61,361 nucleotides of DNA from a virus (lineage: Duplodnaviria > Caudoviricetes), in the IMG/VR virus record IMGVR_UViG_3300030333_005476, positions 1 through 61,361 of that record; one strand, written 5' to 3'. Each line of letters opens with the position of its first letter. Position 1 is the first letter of the stretch. A model generated the notes under the pieces. The model searched no databases. It was not told where the DNA came from and worked only from the letters and a program-made list of their open reading frames with translations. Shown here piece after piece: positions 54,118-61,361 of the stretch. A program made the translations under genes and the position numbers.

Positions 54118-54968
54118 AAGCACAATTTGATAACGTAGTAATGTCTAGTTTTTACCTTTGGTTTGATCACACCTTGTTGACAAAAGGTGAGGCTTTCACT
54201 AATTTCTCCTCCGCTTTTTACGACGCAAACAGTAGATTCCAAGGGTATTATACCTATGGAGCCCCGTTTAAACAGTTAGTGTCCGACACCTCTGTAGCTG
54301 GGGCAAACGTATTAAACTCCCTCACTTTGAATGGCGCGGCAATCACTAGGGGCCAAAATAATTTCGCGGCGATAAATTACGAAAAAGGGCACGTATATTT
54401 TACTAGCCCCGTAACTACCCCCAATATTTCTATGTTTGGCGACTACGCCGTAAAAGACTTTAATATATACGTCACCAACGATTTGGAGGAAAAACTGCTA
54501 TTCGAGACTCAATATAAACTCAGAAATAAAACCGACGCCACCGCAGACTCTATAGCAGACAGCACGAAAACGTACCCAGCCGTATTCCTTAAGAATAACG
54601 GTAGCAGAAACGAGCCTTTTGAATTTGGTGGCGGAGATATGACTAACATAGACATAAGAGCTATCGTACTTTCTGACTCCCAATTCAAGCTGGACGCTAT
54701 CGCCTCTATATTTAGGGATCGAGCTAAAACGCCAGTACATTTGATACCCGAACTGGAGATGCCCTTTAATAGCTTGGGCGATTATGTCAACGTCACAGCT
54801 CCTTACAACTATTCCAATTTAATTCAAGGAAAATCATTTATTTTCCTAGAAAACGTGTTTATTAGCAAAATTAGTGGATTATCTTTTGCTCAAAAATCCA
54901 ATCAAAACCCAGAGGTATTTAGTATGATTGTTGACTTCGAGCTGAACACACTAAGGTATCCTAGATAA
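54114..54968 (+). CDS. Putative tail terminator protein
   Basis: Immediately before the tail tube; YPAVFL motif. Confidence 0.55.
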   Translation: MKAQFDNVVMSSFYLWFDHTLLTKGEAFTNFSSAFYDANSRFQGYYTYGAPFKQLVSDTSVAGANVLNSLTLNGAAITRGQNNFAAINYEKGHVYFTSPVTTPNISMFGDYAVKDFNIYVTNDLEEKLLFETQYKLRNKTDATADSIADSTKTYPAVFLKNNGSRNEPFEFGGGDMTNIDIRAIVLSDSQFKLDAIASIFRDRAKTPVHLIPELEMPFNSLGDYVNVTAPYNYSNLIQGKSFIFLENVFISKISGLSFAQKSNQNPEVFSMIVDFELNTLRYPR

Positions 54969-55030
54969 TCGAAACCAGTTCCCAATAAGAATAAAAATAT
55001 GTAATTTACAGTAAATAAAGGATTTATACA

Positions 55031-56212
55031 ATGGCCAGAAATAGAGTTATTTATCAAAGTGAAGCGCTTTACGCCAGTCCAACCGATTCATCTACAGGCA
55101 GTTGCCGCATGGATCACGGTTTTACGAATGCCGCGAATAAGCCCAAACAAGTACAAAGAGTTCAAAACGCTAACTACAGCTTCTCCATTGAACGACAAGA
55201 CGTAAACCAATTCGGTGAGCTAGCAGCTATTGACCGAATCATTCTTACTTCTCCAACCGTTTCTTTGGACTTTCAATACCTTGTAGCCAACATGGTTAAC
55301 GAGAATAATCTCGGTTTCCACGTTTCCGGTTCGGGTACTTGGAAATCCTGTATCTCAGGTATCTTGAACAAAACAACCGATGAGAAGTGCTACTACATCA
55401 GAACCGTTGCTGAAGGTGCTGACGCAGGTGGTGATACCCCCGTTGATCATGATGACGCAGGTCAGAACGTAATCGGCTTGGGTAACTCCTACATTACGTC
55501 TTATACCGCTGAAGGTTCCGTTGGTAACTTCCCAACCGTATCGATCAACGTGGAAGCGTTGAACATGAAGGTTTATGGAGGCAGTAACCCATGTAGTGGT
55601 GAGTATATTCCAGCGATTGTATCCTCGACGGGTGCCGCTGTTGATGCTTCTACTGGTGGAGCTCACAAATTCATTCTGCCTGACGCAGCTAGGCACAGTG
55701 AGAGTGGAGCAACTACATCTGTTCTAAGACCGGGTGACGTTACTGTTGAAATCTTCAGCGCTGGCTCGACCACGGTTTACGATAACGACGGTGGTGCCAA
55801 CATTGGCCACGACCAAGGAGATGCCAGAGCCAAACTGCAAAGCTACAACGTGAGCTTTGATTTGAGCCGTACTCCCCTCGAGCAGCTAGGTAGTAAATTC
55901 GCGTTCTCTCGTGAAATTGACTTCCCAGTTACCATTACCGCTTCTCTTGAGGCTATGGTTGCTGACCTAGTGGCTGGTAACCTTGCTTCGATCATTACCA
56001 CTGATGGAGAACTTGACATCTACATCAAGATTAAAGACCCAGCAAGTGCAACTATCAACGCCGCTTATCACATTAAGAAGGCTAAGTTGGACAGCCAAGA
56101 GTTCTCTAGCGGAATTGGAGACAACAAGAGTGTTACTCTTAACTTCTCAGCTCAGGTCGGTGGACCGGGTCAGAATACCGTTGGCTTCTTTATGTCAGGC
56201 GTAACCTCCTAA
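55031..56212 (+). CDS. Major tail tube protein
   Basis: Own late motif, strong codon bias and terminator; lies between neck and chaperone/tape-measure genes. Confidence 0.8.
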   Translation: MARNRVIYQSEALYASPTDSSTGSCRMDHGFTNAANKPKQVQRVQNANYSFSIERQDVNQFGELAAIDRIILTSPTVSLDFQYLVANMVNENNLGFHVSGSGTWKSCISGILNKTTDEKCYYIRTVAEGADAGGDTPVDHDDAGQNVIGLGNSYITSYTAEGSVGNFPTVSINVEALNMKVYGGSNPCSGEYIPAIVSSTGAAVDASTGGAHKFILPDAARHSESGATTSVLRPGDVTVEIFSAGSTTVYDNDGGANIGHDQGDARAKLQSYNVSFDLSRTPLEQLGSKFAFSREIDFPVTITASLEAMVADLVAGNLASIITTDGELDIYIKIKDPASATINAAYHIKKAKLDSQEFSSGIGDNKSVTLNFSAQVGGPGQNTVGFFMSGVTS

Positions 56213-56236
56213 TATAAAGGAAAAAGTTATAAATCT

Positions 56237-56265
56237 AGCCCCCCAGTTTTGGGGGGCTTTTTTTT
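56237..56265 (+). terminator. Intrinsic terminator
   Basis: AGCCCCCCA-GTTT-TGGGGGGCT followed by a T-run. Confidence 0.92.
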
Positions 56266-56319
56266 GTTAAAAACGCATTTTTTGTGTAAAATATATTAAG
56301 GAAAAAGGAACACTTCTTT

Positions 56320-56544
56320 ATGGAAGAAGACAAGGTAAAAGGCTTCGTTAAGTTTCAGGTTCGTAGGAAAATTACGAATTTATACAAGAACTTTCTCTTT
56401 ATTTTAGAAGACCTCAAAGATAAAAAGTATTATAACTCGGAAGAAGAGTACCAAAAAACTAGGAAACGGGTGCTTGATTTGGGTAATGATCTAATTAGAG
56501 ATATAGAAGAAACCCTTGATAATGTTGACGTAAAACTAAAATAA
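56320..56544 (+). CDS. Small hypothetical protein
   Basis: Follows GTGTAA at 56284. Confidence 0.7.
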   Translation: MEEDKVKGFVKFQVRRKITNLYKNFLFILEDLKDKKYYNSEEEYQKTRKRVLDLGNDLIRDIEETLDNVDVKLK

Positions 56545-56547
56545 ATT

Positions 56548-57405
56548 ATGAAGAAACTATTTGAATTCAAATTGGACAGGGAAATAAAGGAAATTGTTAG
56601 CGAGAGCTCAAAAAACGATAAAGGCGAAACCGTCACCACTGAAAAAGAGGTGGTTAAAGAGATTAAGCAAAAAGTTCTTTTGAGAAAACCCACTCGCTCT
56701 CTATTTGATGACGCGGAGCTATTTTATGGCGTCAAGCTTTCCGAGGGTATCAAAGCTGGCCTTTTGACTCGAGCCCTTCTAGCTAAACGTTTTTCAAACG
56801 ATGGAGGAGTTCTTAGCGAAGACGATAAAGATAGATACGCCGAATTGTACCTCAAGCTTTACGAGGTGCAATTAGACGCCGAAAGACTTTCTTCTACCCC
56901 AGAGAAAAAACGCAGCAAATCAGACCAAGAAAAGCTAGACAATTTACTAGAGGATTCTGCCGATCTTAGAAGGCAGCTTACGGATTTTGAAATGGCTCAG
57001 TCCTCTCTATTCGAACAAACCGCAGAGAACAGAGCGAGAAACAAAACTATTTTGTGGTGGGTTTTGCATTTATCTCACCTAGAAGATGACGATGGAAATA
57101 TAACCCCTGTTTTTGAAGGCAAAGATTTCGAAGGTAGATTGGATTCTTATGACGCAGTCGAGGCTTCTGAAGATGAATTCGACGAAATGCTTTTGCAAAA
57201 ATTAATTTATTACGTTAGCTTTTGGTATGTTGGTCGAGTAACCTCTCAGGAAGAATTCGAAAAACTATTGGAGGATTCTGGTGAGACTCTCGATAAAGAG
57301 CCAGAAAAAACCCCAGAAGAACCAGCTAAAGAACCAGCTAAAGAAGAAGTTAAAGAAGAGGTCAAAGAAGATAAATCCAAAGAAAAGAAAGAGGAGGCCA
57401 AATAA
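56548..57405 (+). CDS. Putative tail assembly chaperone
   Basis: Acidic helical protein between the tube and tape-measure genes. Confidence 0.6.
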   Translation: MKKLFEFKLDREIKEIVSESSKNDKGETVTTEKEVVKEIKQKVLLRKPTRSLFDDAELFYGVKLSEGIKAGLLTRALLAKRFSNDGGVLSEDDKDRYAELYLKLYEVQLDAERLSSTPEKKRSKSDQEKLDNLLEDSADLRRQLTDFEMAQSSLFEQTAENRARNKTILWWVLHLSHLEDDDGNITPVFEGKDFEGRLDSYDAVEASEDEFDEMLLQKLIYYVSFWYVGRVTSQEEFEKLLEDSGETLDKEPEKTPEEPAKEPAKEEVKEEVKEDKSKEKKEEAK

Positions 57406-57425
57406 AATCCTAACTATCTTTTCGT

Positions 57426-57449
57426 GGCCCCTTTACTGGGGCTTTTTTT
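57426..57449 (+). terminator. Intrinsic terminator (short stem)
   Basis: GGCCCC-TTTACT-GGGGCT followed by a T-run. Confidence 0.75.
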
Positions 57450-57455
57450 ATTAAA

Positions 57456-58466
57456 ATGAATAACGACGTCCCAAAAGAAAAACTTCGATCTGTTTACGCT
57501 GACGTGGTTCGTGGTTATTCCGTGACTCACCACATAAAGCATGGAGCTATATATGTTAAGCATTTATCAATGTGGGACACAGAAGAGTTGGATATAGAAA
57601 GAGAAAAATATTTAAACCAAGCCGAACATCAAGGACTCCCAGACTTAAAAGAGAAAATAAAAATGTTGGAAGTCGATGGTTTATGGGGAGAAAAAAAAGA
57701 AGCTGAAATAGCAGAGCAAGAGTCATTCCTGATCAGGATGGAGCAAACTAGAAAAAAACTCCTATTAAAATCAGAAAGAGCTAGGATGACTGAAGATATA
57801 GAGAGGGAGAAAACGAAGCTAGAGGCATTAAAAATGGAGAAATCGCAGCTCGTCGGACTAACAAGCGAGCTGTTTGCTGACAAAAAAGTTAATGAGTATT
57901 ATATTTATTTAGCTTTACACAAGGATAAAGAGCTTAAAGAGCCGCTGCTGTCTCTAGAGCAATTTGATGAACTAAGTGATAACGAACTATCTAATTTGGT
58001 TGTATGCTATAATGGGATAGCTGAAATGTTTAAAGAAAGAAATATGAAAAGAGTGGCTATTAGTGGCTTTTTTCTTAATAATTATTATTTATGTAAAGAC
58101 AACCCTTTTATTTACTACGGTAAACCCTTGGTTGATTTAACCTATCATCAATCTGATTTATTCTCTTACGGTAGGTATTTTAAGCATTTGCTTCAAGAAA
58201 TGAAAAACGATCCTCCACCCGACATCATGGAAGACCCAGATAAACTATTAGAGCATTACGAGCTCCAAAAGCAGCGAGAGCAGCTTGACGACGGCAGAGA
58301 TAGAACTGGAGAAGCGTCAACTATCGTAGGGGCAACCAAAGAGGATTTAGAGGCTTTAGGTATGAATGCCACTGACACGCCAGGAACCGTTAATTTAAAC
58401 GAAGAATTGAAGAAAAGCGGCGGAAATATGTCTATGGAAGACATGATAAAATTGCACGGGGTATAA
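57456..58466 (+). CDS. Putative second tail assembly chaperone
   Basis: Directly before the tape measure; YGKPLVDLTYHQ pattern. Confidence 0.6.
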   Translation: MNNDVPKEKLRSVYADVVRGYSVTHHIKHGAIYVKHLSMWDTEELDIEREKYLNQAEHQGLPDLKEKIKMLEVDGLWGEKKEAEIAEQESFLIRMEQTRKKLLLKSERARMTEDIEREKTKLEALKMEKSQLVGLTSELFADKKVNEYYIYLALHKDKELKEPLLSLEQFDELSDNELSNLVVCYNGIAEMFKERNMKRVAISGFFLNNYYLCKDNPFIYYGKPLVDLTYHQSDLFSYGRYFKHLLQEMKNDPPPDIMEDPDKLLEHYELQKQREQLDDGRDRTGEASTIVGATKEDLEALGMNATDTPGTVNLNEELKKSGGNMSMEDMIKLHGV

Positions 58467-58502
58467 GCAAAATCCGTGTAATTACTGTAGGAACAAGGAT
58501 TT

Positions 58503-61361
58503 ATGTCGGTTATACCTACAGCAGAAGTAAGAGTAAAAACAACGACGGACAGGGCTTCGCTTCGCAGAACAGAGGCGGAGATAACCAAGTCTCTTCAAAG
58601 GGTCGAACAGCTCGCGTCAAAAGGCGGGTTATTGTCAAAGGCCTACACTCAACCTCTGGGTAAAATTACTGGTGCTGTTGGCGAATTCGAAAAATCCCTA
58701 GAGGCTTCTAACGCTCGTGTTATCGCTTTCGGTGCTTCTGCTGGCATCATCTACAACGTAAGCAGAGCTATTGAGTCTATGACTCGTTCCGCCATTGACT
58801 TAGAGCATAAGCTCGCTGAAGTAAACGTAATCTTAAATGCAAGCACCTCTGGTCTCAAGCGTTTCGGAGATTCTCTTTTTGACATAGCTAAAAATACCGG
58901 CCAAACATTTAATGATGTATCTGACGCTGCTCTAGAATTCGCTAGACAGGGTTTAGCAATGGAAGAGACTTTGAAAAGAACTTCTGACGCGATGGTTCTT
59001 GTTCGTTTGGCTGGCCTAGATGTTCAGTCGTCCGTGGAGGCTGTAACCGCGACCATTAACAGTTTTAACTCAACTATCATATCTTCTACGGAACTGGTAA
59101 ACAAACTCGCCAACGTTGACGCCGCTTTTGCTGTGAGTTCTGCTGATCTAGCTAAAGCCATCAGTCGTGTGGGCAGTTCCGCTCAAGATGCTGGCGTAGG
59201 TTTGGACGAGTTGATAGCGATGACTACTACCGCCCAACAAGTTACCGCTCGTGGTGGCGCTGTTATTGGTAACTCGTTAAAAACCATTTTCACTAGAATA
59301 CAAAGACCCGCCGTTATAAGTAACCTTGAAGCGTTTGGTGTTGCCGTAAGAGATGCTCAAGGTGCTACCTTACCAGCCATACAAGTTCTTAAGAATTTTG
59401 CAGACCAATATCAAAACATGGGAGCTCAGCAAAGAGCTGTCGCCGCTGAAATGGTTGGTGGCGTATTCCAAGTTAACGTCTTAAAAGCCGCTATTGGAGA
59501 TTTAGGAAAACAGTTTTCTATATACGATAGAGCTCTTGGTACATCCATCTCTTCCACTGACGAAGCTTTGCAAAGAAACGCCGCATTGAACAAAAGCCTT
59601 AAAACTTTAACCAATGAAACAATGGTTAATCTTTTAAAGGTTGGCGCTCAAGTAGGTGAAATTACTATAGCTCCTACCCTCAGGAACGCATTGCAAAGCG
59701 TAAATAAAACCCTAGAGGATATGCAAGAAAACGCTGATGCTGAAAAGCTTGGCTCTAAAATGGGCAAAGGAGTTTTGGATGGCATTGGTAATATTCTTAA
59801 AGGACCGGGCATGGTGGTTCTCGGGGCTCTTGTTGGTAAATTATTTTACAGTTTCTCTAAGTTCTCTTCTGACGCAATCAGAACTTTCGCAGGATGGAAT
59901 GAAGGCGCTCAAAAGCAAGCGGAGATGCAACAGCTTATACAAAACATTCTTTTAAAGAATCCTGATCTAATCAACGCTGCCGCCTCGAGTGAGCAAAACA
60001 TGCTTGCTATAGAAAACAAAATTTTAGAAGTAATTAGAGGCAGAAACATTGCGCTATCTCAATCCGCCGAACTTTCTGCGAAAATGGCTAGAAACCTCAA
60101 CGCTGCGGATTTACAAAGTTTGAACTTGGCTCTCTCAAGCGGAGGCAGAACAGAAGGTTCTTGGAGGCCTCTGGAGGCGAGTAGGGGTTTTGTGCCTAAC
60201 TTTGTTAGTGGCTCTGACGCTCAAAAAGAAAGAGCTGGCGCTATAAGCGGTGGTTATATGCCGGGAAGCGTAAGGCAAATGAAAGTCCAAGGTGTGGGTA
60301 AAGTAGTTTACAACACTGCGGAAACAGTTAAGAAGTTTAATGGCATGTCTCAACCCGCTATCATGCCACCACAGCAAAGTGATGCAGGAAAAACTTACAA
60401 AAATAAATTCGAAGACAAACACGGATTCAATCCTTATGCTTATGGCGGGTTCATACCCAACTTCAGCAAGATAACAGACCTTGCCGCTGTAAACAAATAC
60501 GGATCAAAAGAAGCTTGGAAAAATTTATCCCAAAGTGCAAAGGATTCAGCGGTAGCAGAATACTTACAGCAGTCCATCAACTTCTTGAAAAAAGATGGGA
60601 CTAGCATAACCTCTTGGAGAAAGGCTCAAAAACTTCCTGTAGCTCAAGGTGCTCCAACAAACTGGGTTAAGGGTTATGCAGGAGGAACGGGAGCCCTAAG
60701 TTTTGATCCAAAAATTTTCCCCAAGTCGCACTCGAAAGCTAGAGCATTCGCTACCCTACTTAAAGATCACCAAGAAAATAACAGACTAAAAAACGTTAAA
60801 GAAGGAAACACCTTTGAGGACGACTTGATGACGTATTTTCAAATAGGTGTCGGCACCAAGGGTGCTAGAAATATTCCTTTTGATTTTGTTGGCGCTTCCA
60901 CCATACCTAATGATCCCCGCTCGCAACAGCTTAAAAAAGCTATTGCAATGAATCCTAAAACTGACATAGGTGACGCCCACGTTGGCGCGGGACATTCTGA
61001 AGGTCTATGGATTTCTAAATTTTTGAGATACAACGCCATGCAAGCTGGGGATTCTAGATATGCAGCGTCAATAGCTGAATCATTTTATCCTTCAGACCCT
61101 AAAACTGGAAAATGGGACGGCGTCAGAAGCGGCTTAAAAGAAATGGATGTCGCAAAACAAACGGGCGATGGCAAGATGTATACTGATGTTTTGGGTCAAG
61201 GAGCGGACGGAAAAGTTCAGGGCTCATCCACTCTTTGGGGCGTCGCTAGGAATCACTGGGCAGACTTTAAAACCGAGCTGTTGAAAAGAACAACCGCCAA
61301 TCAAATCATGCACGACAAAAAGCAGTTTACTTTGGATTGGATGCATGATGATATTAACAAA
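58503..61361 (+). CDS. Tail tape measure protein (runs off the window end; absent from ORF track)
   Basis: MSVIPTAEVRV...; Ala-rich helical core with AALEFARQG, DLAKAISRVG, IGNSLKTIFTR; follows GTGTAA at 58476. Confidence 0.9.
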   Translation, partial: MSVIPTAEVRVKTTTDRASLRRTEAEITKSLQRVEQLASKGGLLSKAYTQPLGKITGAVGEFEKSLEASNARVIAFGASAGIIYNVSRAIESMTRSAIDLEHKLAEVNVILNASTSGLKRFGDSLFDIAKNTGQTFNDVSDAALEFARQGLAMEETLKRTSDAMVLVRLAGLDVQSSVEAVTATINSFNSTIISSTELVNKLANVDAAFAVSSADLAKAISRVGSSAQDAGVGLDELIAMTTTAQQVTARGGAVIGNSLKTIFTRIQRPAVISNLEAFGVAVRDAQGATLPAIQVLKNFADQYQNMGAQQRAVAAEMVGGVFQVNVLKAAIGDLGKQFSIYDRALGTSISSTDEALQRNAALNKSLKTLTNETMVNLLKVGAQVGEITIAPTLRNALQSVNKTLEDMQENADAEKLGSKMGKGVLDGIGNILKGPGMVVLGALVGKLFYSFSKFSSDAIRTFAGWNEGAQKQAEMQQLIQNILLKNPDLINAAASSEQNMLAIENKILEVIRGRNIALSQSAELSAKMARNLNAADLQSLNLALSSGGRTEGSWRPLEASRGFVPNFVSGSDAQKERAGAISGGYMPGSVRQMKVQGVGKVVYNTAETVKKFNGMSQPAIMPPQQSDAGKTYKNKFEDKHGFNPYAYGGFIPNFSKITDLAAVNKYGSKEAWKNLSQSAKDSAVAEYLQQSINFLKKDGTSITSWRKAQKLPVAQGAPTNWVKGYAGGTGALSFDPKIFPKSHSKARAFATLLKDHQENNRLKNVKEGNTFEDDLMTYFQIGVGTKGARNIPFDFVGASTIPNDPRSQQLKKAIAMNPKTDIGDAHVGAGHSEGLWISKFLRYNAMQAGDSRYAASIAESFYPSDPKTGKWDGVRSGLKEMDVAKQTGDGKMYTDVLGQGADGKVQGSSTLWGVARNHWADFKTELLKRTTANQIMHDKKQFTLDWMHDDINK

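Larger units (their letters stand above)
5364..58481. promoter_or_regulatory. Dispersed GTGTAA motif, putative phage late promoter
   Basis: + strand copies at 5378, 11506, 19940, 20319, 22010, 25842, 28610, 40160, 52589, 56284 and 58476; - strand at 5364; ATGTAA variants at 6560(-), 23383 and 54999; nearly all lie shortly before a start codon. Confidence 0.8.

Noticed and set aside
56548-58466. Programmed frameshift joining the tail chaperones
   Set aside because: The two ORFs have separate starts and are separated by a terminator-like hairpin. I found no convincing slippery site.
8374-61039. Many short minus-strand and alternate-frame ORFs in the track
   Set aside because: They lie inside long, motif-bearing + strand genes and lack their own signals, so they are treated as shadow ORFs.
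1-61361. tRNA/rRNA genes, integrase or transposase, tail sheath, alternative genetic code
   Set aside because: None was recognised by eye. Genes tile densely under the standard code with all three stops in use.

Overview
This window is part of a large tailed-phage (Caudoviricetes) genome. Bases 1 to about 3.9 kb are an early-type region of tiny genes, many with their own sigma70-like promoter and short or absent leaders, punctuated by three copies of a GC-rich palindrome. A middle block follows: SleB-like hydrolase, PhoH, a phage sigma factor and a zinc finger/ERCC4 nuclease. The rest is a long + strand morphogenesis region: terminase, portal, a tail-tube paralog, tail fibres, protease/scaffold, capsid, a 3589-aa giant protein, neck, tail tube, chaperones and a truncated tape-measure gene. 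No sheath gene is seen. Late genes share an upstream GTGTAA motif. The standout feature is an intergenic, ORF-less group I ribozyme at about 39437-39736 that appears naturally circularly permuted. Its internal guide sequence is at the 5' end and both splice sites lie downstream of the catalytic core. Splicing should therefore release an 80-nt rod-like circular RNA (39655-39734). All product calls come from motif recognition by eye; no database searches were run.
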